Shown here in pieces: positions 29,638 to 37,751 of a stretch of DNA of 64,000 nt. The DNA comes from an uncultured Nitrospiraceae bacterium (GTDB lineage: Bacteria > Nitrospirota > Thermodesulfovibrionia > Thermodesulfovibrionales > Dissulfurispiraceae): assembly GCA_947085205.1 (NCBI GenBank), contig CAMTVO010000020.1, positions 21,043 to 85,042 of the forward strand, in the 5' to 3' direction. Every line of letters begins with the position of its first letter. Position 1 is the stretch's first letter. The notes beneath the pieces are model-generated. The model had not been told where the DNA came from. It worked only from the letters and a program-made list of their open reading frames with translations, and ran no database searches. A program made the position numbers and the translations under genes.

Positions 29638-30795
29638 ATGGCAACAGGTTTTCGCATTAATATTTTGTTGTCAATTATTCTCTCTATAGCAGCCGGCTGC
29701 AGCATGTATGAATTCAAAGACCCCACCGGCGCTAAAATGCAGATTGCATATGAGACGCCTGAACAAGGTAAAGCGTCTGCCGACAGACCTAAGAAACAAA
29801 AAGAAGAGCCACTTATAGACGAAAAACTTCCTCCACTCCGTCCCGACACCTATGCAATAGTAATCGGCATAGACTACAAAAACAGGCAGGACATACCAAA
29901 CCTCCAATATGCATCTACAGACGCAAAAAAAATCTACAACATACTCACAGATGCACGATACGGAGGAGTGCCTAAAGAAAATGCAATACTACTTCTCAAC
30001 GAAAAAGCAACAAGAAACGAAATGGTATCAGCATTGAGGAAGATAAAGAACTGGGATGGATATGTGTATGTATATTACTCAGGACACGGAGCGCCCAAGA
30101 CAAAAGGAGACAAATTCATAGACGCCTTTTTAGTGCCCAATGACGTAATAATAACCGACCCTGAGGCAATGGAAGACACAGCAATAAAAGTATCGTATTT
30201 ACAAGAGCTTATAGATACATCCAATGCAAAAGGAGTAATGCTTGCATTGGATGCCTGTTTTTCAGGAGGAGGAAAATCCATAGTGCCAAAGGGAGGGAAG
30301 CCCTTAGTAGGAATGATAGTAAGCTCTGAGATAATAAAACCAAGAGGCACAGGAAAAGTAATAATCACATCATCAGCAACCAACCAGCAATCATGGGAAG
30401 ACGAAGCAGAGCTAAAGGGAGGCATATTCAGCCATTATTTATTGGAGGGACTAAAAGGCAAAGCAGGCAAAGACATATGGGTGAAAGTAGATGAACTTGC
30501 AGAATACATAAAAGAAAACGTACCTAAAGCAGCGAGGAAACTCAAAGGAATGGAACAGACGCCGCAGATAACAGGAAAGGCTGACTTTGCAGTAACGAGG
30601 AACTGGGAAAAGGCAAAAGTAATGGACATAGAGATAGCGAGGAACAAACTAAAGAGTGTATTTGAAAAAGGAGTAATAACAGCAGAGCAGCTCAGCAGGG
30701 CAATGGATGAATTAAAGAAGCAGACAAGGACAAAGACACTTGAGGCATTTTTGGAAGGAAAGATAGATGAGAGGAAGTTCGGGGAGTTGTATTGA
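29638..30795 (+). CDS. Caspase-family (C14) lipoprotein with SHOCT-like tail
   Basis: Lipobox AAG|C; AIVIGIDY, YYSGHG, LDACFSG, GIFSHYLLEGL and QTPQ; tail GVITAEQL...GKIDERKF. Confidence 0.9.
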   Translation: MATGFRINILLSIILSIAAGCSMYEFKDPTGAKMQIAYETPEQGKASADRPKKQKEEPLIDEKLPPLRPDTYAIVIGIDYKNRQDIPNLQYASTDAKKIYNILTDARYGGVPKENAILLLNEKATRNEMVSALRKIKNWDGYVYVYYSGHGAPKTKGDKFIDAFLVPNDVIITDPEAMEDTAIKVSYLQELIDTSNAKGVMLALDACFSGGGKSIVPKGGKPLVGMIVSSEIIKPRGTGKVIITSSATNQQSWEDEAELKGGIFSHYLLEGLKGKAGKDIWVKVDELAEYIKENVPKAARKLKGMEQTPQITGKADFAVTRNWEKAKVMDIEIARNKLKSVFEKGVITAEQLSRAMDELKKQTRTKTLEAFLEGKIDERKFGELY

Positions 30796-30796
30796 G

Positions 30797-31609
30797 ATGA
30801 AAAGATTTTTAATAATGATTCTGCTTTTGATGCCTGTTTTCTCTTATGCCTCTGAAAAGCCCGTATGGGTAGAGGCGGAGGGAGAGGCATACATGAGCGA
30901 GATTGACACTCCGAAAGAGGTCATTGCGAGAGCAAAAAAGGACGCCCAGAGCAAGGCAGTCGAAAAGGCGGTAGGCGTGTTTATAAGATCACATACCCTC
31001 GTCTCGAACAGCCAGCTTGCGGAAGATCTCATCTACGCCGCTGTGAGGGGGAAGATAGAGAAGACCGAGATAATTAAAAAGGGATGGGATGATAAGGACA
31101 GGAATCTTTACAAAATAAGGCTCAAAGCCCTTATAGAGCCTGTCTATCCTGAAAAAGGGCACGGCATATCGATCAAGCTTTCGCTTTCAAAATCCGTAAT
31201 GAAAGAAGGCGATGAGGTAAAGATATTTTATCAGGCAAACAAAGAATGTTATGTATATATCTTTTCAGTTGCTGCAGACGGCTCGGTTACGCTGCTTATG
31301 CCGAATTCGATGAATCAGGAGAATCACATAAAAGCGAATAAAGCATATGAATTCCCTGTAGGGGGGAGCAGCATACGCTTAAAGGCTTTATTTTTGCCTG
31401 ATTATAAGGAAAAAGTCGCCGAGGAAAAAATTAAAATAATAGCCACAAAAAAGAGAGAGGAGATTGTGCCGCTCGGATTTCAAGAAGGTATGTTCAGGGT
31501 ATACGATGCGAAGTCCACAGGCATGATAAGCGACCTTGTTAAAAAACTTAACCAGCTTGAACCTGCTGACTGGGCAGAGGCAACTGCGGTTTATACGATT
31601 AAAAGATAA
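30797..31609 (+). CDS. Exported FlgT-N/LPP20-like + DUF4384 protein
   Basis: Signal peptide from ATG 30797; GDEVKIFYQANKECYVYIFSVAADGSVTLLMPN is DUF4384-like. Confidence 0.8.
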   Translation: MKRFLIMILLLMPVFSYASEKPVWVEAEGEAYMSEIDTPKEVIARAKKDAQSKAVEKAVGVFIRSHTLVSNSQLAEDLIYAAVRGKIEKTEIIKKGWDDKDRNLYKIRLKALIEPVYPEKGHGISIKLSLSKSVMKEGDEVKIFYQANKECYVYIFSVAADGSVTLLMPNSMNQENHIKANKAYEFPVGGSSIRLKALFLPDYKEKVAEEKIKIIATKKREEIVPLGFQEGMFRVYDAKSTGMISDLVKKLNQLEPADWAEATAVYTIKR

Positions 31610-31651
31610 GGATAATTTTCACCTTCCAAGAAGTTTTTTCTGGTATATAAT
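31609..31651 (+). promoter_or_regulatory. Degenerate operator-like motif + promoter
   Basis: AGGATAATTTTCACCT begins 37 nt before TATAAT (31646), the same offset as most other copies. Confidence 0.5.
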
Positions 31652-31734
31652 GAGTAACTGAAGGTAATAAGGCTGCATACGGTAAAAGAGGAAGTTTTTA
31701 TATAATAATGTAAAATTAAATAGGGGGTTTCAAT

Positions 31735-32085
31735 ATGCAAGCTGTAAGACATGAGGTATTAAATCTTACTGAAGCTGAAAAGCTTGCATTAAATGAAGTT
31801 ATAGCTGCCTTAAAAAGAGACTGGCCTTCTGTTAAATTCAAGCTATTTGGCTCAAAGGTAAATGGAACCTCTGACGAAGAGTCGGATTTAGACCTTTTAA
31901 TTATGCTTCCCTGTCATGTAACTAATGATATAAGGCGGCAGATAGTCCACAAGGTTTTCGATATAAATCTTAAATATGAAACTAATATTAGTGTATTTAT
32001 TGTTTCAGAAGATGAATGGCAAAAAGCTCCTCTTTCTCTTCTTCCTATTCATGCATTTATTGAAGAGGAAGGGGTTTCCTTATGA
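31735..32085 (+). CDS. Minimal nucleotidyltransferase (MNT-type antitoxin)
   Basis: LFGSKVNG..DEESDLDLLI. Confidence 0.88.
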   Translation: MQAVRHEVLNLTEAEKLALNEVIAALKRDWPSVKFKLFGSKVNGTSDEESDLDLLIMLPCHVTNDIRRQIVHKVFDINLKYETNISVFIVSEDEWQKAPLSLLPIHAFIEEEGVSL

Positions 32086-32481
32086 GTAACAAAGAGGAAC
32101 TAAAGGAACTTATCCGATATTGGTTTGAAAAATCGCATGAATCTCTTGACGCAGCCCGTGATGAACTGAAGGCAGGCCGTCTTTCCTTTTCGGTGAACCG
32201 AATTTATTATTCTTGTTTTTATGCGGTCAGCGCAATCTTGCTTCAAGAAAAACTTCGGTTTAAGAAGCACTCCGGTGTGAGGGGCCGTATTACATCAACA
32301 TCTCGTCAAATCAGGGAAAGTAAGTCATGAGCATGGGAAACTGTATGACGAACTTTTTGAAGCTCGCCAGAGAGGCGATCATATAGAGTTTGTCAGCTTT
32401 GAGGAAGAACAGGTAAAAGACTGGCTTCAACAGGCAAATCAATTTGTTGAGGCAATTAAGCGTTTAATCGAAAATGACTGA
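32082..32481 (+). pseudogene. HEPN-domain protein, frameshifted by an extra G near 32283
   Basis: NRIYYSCFYAV and KHSGV. The shifted frame continues AVLHQHLVKSGK...LFEARQRGDH...FVEAIKRLIEND*. Confidence 0.82.
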
Positions 32482-32508
32482 CTTTTTTCAGGAGGTGGGG
32501 TTACGAAA

Positions 32509-33720
32509 ATGAAGGGTAATTTAATTTCTTTGATCAGCGTCATCTTTATTCTGCTTGCGGGCATGGCGATGACAGGGTGTGTGACAACAACAGCGAGAAC
32601 ACCACTAATGCAAGCTGTAGAACAAAGCGACAGCAACGCTATCCGAGCTTTGCTTGATAAGGGAGCAGATATAAACGAACAAAGCGACTATGATATAGGA
32701 CCCGGAGGCAAGGGTTGGACTGCCTTACATCTTGCCGCAGTGAAAGATGATATAAAAGTCATTCGTTTATTGTTGGACTATGGTGCAGACCCAGGCATTA
32801 CAACTAAATTTGGTTGGACACCATTGAAGTGGGCGGAGCAGAAAGGCAATAACTTTGTTGCAGGGATGCTCAAGGAGGCTATGGAAAAACGCTATGTGGT
32901 TGACAAGAAACCTACCCATATTACGACTGAAAAACCATTGAAATCCGATGTTGACGAACTTCTAATATTTGTAAACGAGCATAAGGTTATCGGAGATCAG
33001 GATATAGCCATTGTCATTGGCATAGAAAAGTATCAGAATATCCCGAAGTCCGACTACTCAGCAGGTGATGCAAAACTCGTAAAGTCATATTTTAAGGCAC
33101 TCGGGTTTGCAGAGAGAAACATAGAATTCATCACAGATGAAAGGGCGACAAAATCATCCATTGAAAAATCCATAGAGGCATGGCTTCCTAACAGGGTTAA
33201 AAAAGACAGTAAGGTTATTGTCTATTATTCAGGACACGGAGCGCCTGAGCCAAAGACAGGAGACGCTTATATTGTCCCATTTGACGGAGACCCGAATTAT
33301 CTTGAGGTTACCGGGTATCCATTAAAGAGGCTTTACGATAAACTTGGGAAATTGCAAGTTGCAGAGGTTGTAGTTCTTCTTGACTCATGCTTCTCAGGCG
33401 CAGGCGGCAGGAGTGTTTTAGCAAAAGGAGCAAGACCATTGGTGATGATGACAGAGGCATCGGTAATATCGTCAAATATGGCTATCCTTTCTGCAACACA
33501 AGGCACACAGATAAGCACATCATCACCTGAAAAAAGGCATGGGGTATTCACATATTACTTTCTCAAGGCATTAAAAGAAGGAAAGAAGACAATTGCTGAG
33601 ATTTATGAATACATCAAACCGTTGGTGGAGGACGAGGCAAAGACTCTTAATGTCCAGCAAAGCCCGAGCATAAGTCCTGATGCGGAGAAACTGAAGGGGC
33701 GGTTTATTTTGAGACGGTGA
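32509..33720 (+). CDS. Ankyrin-repeat + caspase (C14) lipoprotein
   Basis: Lipobox MTG|C; ankyrin repeats (TPLMQAV, GWTALHLAA, GWTPLKWA); VIGIEKY, YYSGHG, LDSCFSG and HGVFTY. Confidence 0.92.
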   Translation: MKGNLISLISVIFILLAGMAMTGCVTTTARTPLMQAVEQSDSNAIRALLDKGADINEQSDYDIGPGGKGWTALHLAAVKDDIKVIRLLLDYGADPGITTKFGWTPLKWAEQKGNNFVAGMLKEAMEKRYVVDKKPTHITTEKPLKSDVDELLIFVNEHKVIGDQDIAIVIGIEKYQNIPKSDYSAGDAKLVKSYFKALGFAERNIEFITDERATKSSIEKSIEAWLPNRVKKDSKVIVYYSGHGAPEPKTGDAYIVPFDGDPNYLEVTGYPLKRLYDKLGKLQVAEVVVLLDSCFSGAGGRSVLAKGARPLVMMTEASVISSNMAILSATQGTQISTSSPEKRHGVFTYYFLKALKEGKKTIAEIYEYIKPLVEDEAKTLNVQQSPSISPDAEKLKGRFILRR

Positions 33721-33757
33721 AAATTACCTTGACTTCATGGCTCAGGCAGGGTAGTTT
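33715..33757 (+). promoter_or_regulatory. Operator-like motif + sigma70-type promoter
   Basis: CGGTGAAAATTACCTT overlapping TTGACT-N17-TAGTTT and the upstream stop codon. Confidence 0.62.
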
Positions 33758-33803
33758 TAAACTATAAAGATTATTTTTGAATAATTTCATAAAGGAGCCG
33801 CTT

Positions 33804-36086
33804 ATGAACGCAAAAAAAACCGCAATAATATTTTTTGCATTGTTATTTCTTTTTTCCTGCGCACCGCCTTCAGAAGTAAAAAAGGATATGCCTGAAATAA
33901 CCGTATCCAAAGAAGAGATTCCGAGGATGGTTGCGATTCTTCCGTTCCAGAACGAAACACAGGAGACGGGAATTGCCAATCAGGTAAGAAGGGCATTTTA
34001 TAACCATTTCAGTTCAAAACCATACACAGATGTTGAGCTTAATATTGTTGATGAAAAGATTATACATCTTGAGAAATCAACAGGGAAAAATATCCTTGAC
34101 CTGAAACCACAGGAGATATGTCAGGCAATAGGATGCGATGGATTAATCTACGGCAAAGTTACTGATTATACAAAGGTTTACGCTGGCGTTTATTCGCAGC
34201 TTGGCGTCGAGGCCGAGGTCTGGATGGTAAATAAGCGGACAGGCAAAGAGGTATTCAGGATAAAGGATGCAGTCAGGTATCACGAAGGCAGCGTGCCTCT
34301 CTCTCCCATCGGGCTGATAATGACTGCGGTGTCTACCGCAATGAACATAAGAGAGATCCAGCAGGTGAGAATGGTGAACGAGCTTGCCCATAAATTCAAT
34401 GAAAAAATCCCCTCCCCCGAAGGTATGGCTGTTGAAGACAGGCCTACGATTAAGGAAGTCCTTACGAATGTTAAAGAGGGGCCTTTCGGCAAAGGGAAGA
34501 TTATAAGAGTCGGACTCGAAGGCGAAAAGGGGCTGGTCGCCACCTTTGACATCGGGAACTTCAAAAAAGGCATTTTGATGAAGGAGACAAAGCCCGGCAT
34601 TTATCTTGGAGAATATCTCGTGATATCCGGAGACAACGCAAAGGACATGCCTATCATAGCCTCCTTAAAAAAGCCCGGTGGTTATGAAAGCCAGTGGATT
34701 GATGTAAGCGGCTTTGTGACCATTGATACAACACCACCGCCGCAGGTAGCCGGTCTAAGGGCAAAGGGATTTCAGGACAGAATAGAGGTTACATGGGAGC
34801 CTCTCAAGAATATTGCTGACTTAAAGGGGTATAAGGTCTTAAGAAGCGAGCAGCCATTGAGCGGATATGCGGAGGTTTCGGCAACAGAACATACATCGTT
34901 TGAAGACAAGACCGCAAAGCCGAACATTGCATATTATTACAGGGTGATTGCTGTTGACCAAGTGGGTAATGAATCCGAACTCGTAGATGCCGTTAAATCA
35001 GCCGTTACATCGAAGGAGCCCGTGCTTTTAAGTGGAGAGATCAGAACGGATACAGCGCTTGCAGGGAATTACATCGTGAAAGATTCGCTGACGGTTCCGA
35101 AGGGTTTATCCCTTGTCATAGAGCCCGAAACGAGGATAATGTTTGAAGAAAACTCGTCGTTGACTGTTTACGGCAAAATAGTCGTAAACGGAAAAGAATC
35201 TCCTGTGGAGTTTATCCCATCGGGTAATAAGAAATGGAAAGGCATTAGCGTCGAGAGAGGCAGCATCACTATAAATGGCTTGAGGATAAAGGGAGCCGTT
35301 ACCGCGATGTTACTGCAAAACGCAGAGGGAATGCTGGATTCAGGAGTAATTACGGACAGCGATACGGGCATTGCGGTTTCCGGTACGCCTTCTGTAATAA
35401 TTAAAAACACTGCCGTCTCAGGAAATAAAACAGGGATAGAACTTCAAAAGACGGACGCAAGGATTATGAACAGCAATATCTTTCAGAATGAAGACGGAAT
35501 AGCTATCAAAAGCTTTTCAGGCGAGATTAAGGACAACAATATTTTTGACAATAGCCTGAACATTTCGTCTGAGTCTATGGTTAAAATCGACCCCAATTAT
35601 CTCGGCTCTATAAATACCGATGAAATGAAAATCAAGGGTGTTGGTATAACTAAGGTTTATGACAACAGGATACCAGGCGGAAAGGTCGTTGATGCGATCT
35701 CAAATCCTTATGCGTCGCTGAGTAATGAAGACCGCCAGAAAAAGGCTACAGAATTCGTCATTGAGGCAGGCAATTATTTCAGGCAGAGGAATTACGGAAA
35801 GGCGACGACACTGTTTGAAGAAGCGCTGAAGGCTCTTCCCACGCCGGATGTTTATTATTATCTCGCTATCTGCTATCAGGAGATGAAAGAAGAGGAAAGG
35901 GCGTTAAAGTATTTGAAAGAAGGCGCAGACAAATTCCCGAAAGATTCGACGCTCCAAAAATCCCTCGGCCTTATGTATTACCAGAAAGGGGATGATGCAG
36001 AGGCGAAAAAGGTATTCGAAGAGGTATTGAGATTAAGCCCAGAAGATAGACAGGTGAGGTTTTTGATGGAGAGAATAGGAAAGTAA
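33804..36086 (+). CDS. Lipoprotein: DUF799/CsgG-like + FN3 + right-handed beta-helix + TPR
   Basis: Lipobox LFS|C; VAILPFQN; DGLIYGKVT; FN3 (DTTPP, VTW, GYKVLR, YYYRVIAVD..GNES); beta-helix (N..GI repeats); C-terminal TPRs. Confidence 0.8.
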   Translation: MNAKKTAIIFFALLFLFSCAPPSEVKKDMPEITVSKEEIPRMVAILPFQNETQETGIANQVRRAFYNHFSSKPYTDVELNIVDEKIIHLEKSTGKNILDLKPQEICQAIGCDGLIYGKVTDYTKVYAGVYSQLGVEAEVWMVNKRTGKEVFRIKDAVRYHEGSVPLSPIGLIMTAVSTAMNIREIQQVRMVNELAHKFNEKIPSPEGMAVEDRPTIKEVLTNVKEGPFGKGKIIRVGLEGEKGLVATFDIGNFKKGILMKETKPGIYLGEYLVISGDNAKDMPIIASLKKPGGYESQWIDVSGFVTIDTTPPPQVAGLRAKGFQDRIEVTWEPLKNIADLKGYKVLRSEQPLSGYAEVSATEHTSFEDKTAKPNIAYYYRVIAVDQVGNESELVDAVKSAVTSKEPVLLSGEIRTDTALAGNYIVKDSLTVPKGLSLVIEPETRIMFEENSSLTVYGKIVVNGKESPVEFIPSGNKKWKGISVERGSITINGLRIKGAVTAMLLQNAEGMLDSGVITDSDTGIAVSGTPSVIIKNTAVSGNKTGIELQKTDARIMNSNIFQNEDGIAIKSFSGEIKDNNIFDNSLNISSESMVKIDPNYLGSINTDEMKIKGVGITKVYDNRIPGGKVVDAISNPYASLSNEDRQKKATEFVIEAGNYFRQRNYGKATTLFEEALKALPTPDVYYYLAICYQEMKEEERALKYLKEGADKFPKDSTLQKSLGLMYYQKGDDAEAKKVFEEVLRLSPEDRQVRFLMERIGK

Positions 36087-36143
36087 TATAATGCATATGC
36101 TCCATGCAAACGGATAGTCTTGCTTTTAAGGGAGGGGTTCACA

Positions 36144-37742
36144 ATGCGTAAAAGAACAAAATGGCTCGGATTGATATTGCTGGCATTGCTTGCGACCGGG
36201 TGCGTTACCATATCAAAAGACATGTATCAGCGCAATATGGTATGGGATACCGTTCCTGCTGGCGGGTATATAGATGCCAATGTTCATATAGAATCCGACT
36301 GCAACTTCAGTGCGGAGTATGCGAAGTTGTGGAGAGACTGGATGAACACCGATGAAACCATTGCAAATTACAAGAGAGCGGTTTGCGAACGCATTACCGA
36401 AGATATGATTAAATCACGCATATTTACGAGGGTCGACATAGGCGGTCAACTGGATCTGCTGATCAGGATTGAGTATACCGAATCTCAGGCTGACCAGAAG
36501 GTTGCCGTTAATGTCATGGATCCCATAAGCGGTAAAGTTCATGCGATATATGGAACATCTTCGGTCCGGATGGGCTACGGGTATGAGAATTTTAATGCCA
36601 ACTTAAAGCGCATGCTTTCCGAGATAAGAAGCCAGATGCTTGCGGAATATCAGGCAGGAAAAGGCATAAAGACGCTACTCGCCTCAAGGCAGGCTCTCGG
36701 CGTTACGCAGCAGGCTCAACGATATAAGACTGACGCGGAAGATATAACCGTGCCGTTGTCCCCCGGCGAGAAACTTCCTCCTCTCAGGCGTGAAATATAT
36801 GCGGTTGTGATCGGCATAGACTACGCAGGCAGGGAAGATATGCCTAATCTTCAATACGCGGCGACAGACGCTAAAAAGGTATACAGCCTGCTGGTAGACC
36901 CACGATATGGAGGAGTGCCTAAAGAAAATGCAATACTACTTCTCAACGAAAAAGCAACAAGGAACGAAATGGTAGCGGCATTGAGAAAGATAAAGAACTG
37001 GGATGGATATGTATATGTTTATTACTCGGGTCACGGAGCGCCCAAGACAAAAGGAGACAAGTTCATGGATGCCTTTCTTGTGCCTCATGATGCTGTAATA
37101 ACCGACCCCGAGGCGATGGAAGATACAAGCATAAAGATGTCATATCTACAGGAGCTCGTGGACACATCCAACGCAAAGGGAGTAATGCTTGCCTTGGATG
37201 CCTGTTTTTCAGGAGGAGGAAAATCCATAGTACCAAAGGGAGGGAAGCCCTTGGTAGGAATAATGGTAACTCCCGAGATAATGAAACCGAAGGGTACGGG
37301 CAAGGTAATTATCACGTCATCCGCGACAAACGAGCAATCGTGGGAAGACGAAAAAGAACTAAAATCAGGCATATTCAGCCATTATCTGCTGGAGGGGATG
37401 AAGGGCGGCGCCGGGAAAGACATGTGGGTGAAGGTGGATGAACTGGCGGATTACATAAAGGAAAACGTATCGAGGGCGGCGAGAAAATTAAAGGGCATGA
37501 ATCAGAATCCCCAGATATCCGGCAGGGGAGATTTTGCAGTAACGAGGAACTGGGAGAGGGCAAAGGTAATGGACGTAGAGATAGCCAGATCTAAGCTCAA
37601 ATCGGCGTTTGAGAGCGGAAGTATCAGTGCGGATCAGTTGAGCAGGGCGCTGGATGAACTTAAGTCGCAGAGTCGTTCGAAGACTCTGGATGCGTTTTTG
37701 CAAGGCAAGATCGATGATAAGAAGTTCGGGGATTTATATTAA
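36144..37742 (+). CDS. Caspase-family (C14) lipoprotein, paralog of 29638-30795 with a different N-domain
   Basis: Lipobox ATG|C; YYSGHG and LDACFSG; C-terminal part closely similar to 29638-30795. Confidence 0.9.
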   Translation: MRKRTKWLGLILLALLATGCVTISKDMYQRNMVWDTVPAGGYIDANVHIESDCNFSAEYAKLWRDWMNTDETIANYKRAVCERITEDMIKSRIFTRVDIGGQLDLLIRIEYTESQADQKVAVNVMDPISGKVHAIYGTSSVRMGYGYENFNANLKRMLSEIRSQMLAEYQAGKGIKTLLASRQALGVTQQAQRYKTDAEDITVPLSPGEKLPPLRREIYAVVIGIDYAGREDMPNLQYAATDAKKVYSLLVDPRYGGVPKENAILLLNEKATRNEMVAALRKIKNWDGYVYVYYSGHGAPKTKGDKFMDAFLVPHDAVITDPEAMEDTSIKMSYLQELVDTSNAKGVMLALDACFSGGGKSIVPKGGKPLVGIMVTPEIMKPKGTGKVIITSSATNEQSWEDEKELKSGIFSHYLLEGMKGGAGKDMWVKVDELADYIKENVSRAARKLKGMNQNPQISGRGDFAVTRNWERAKVMDVEIARSKLKSAFESGSISADQLSRALDELKSQSRSKTLDAFLQGKIDDKKFGDLY

Positions 37743-37751
37743 TGTAAGGAA

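Noticed and set aside
29820..37742. DGR template/variable repeat pair from the near-identical caspase segments
   Set aside because: No reverse transcriptase in the window. Both copies are coding, and the differences are mostly synonymous and not limited to adenines.
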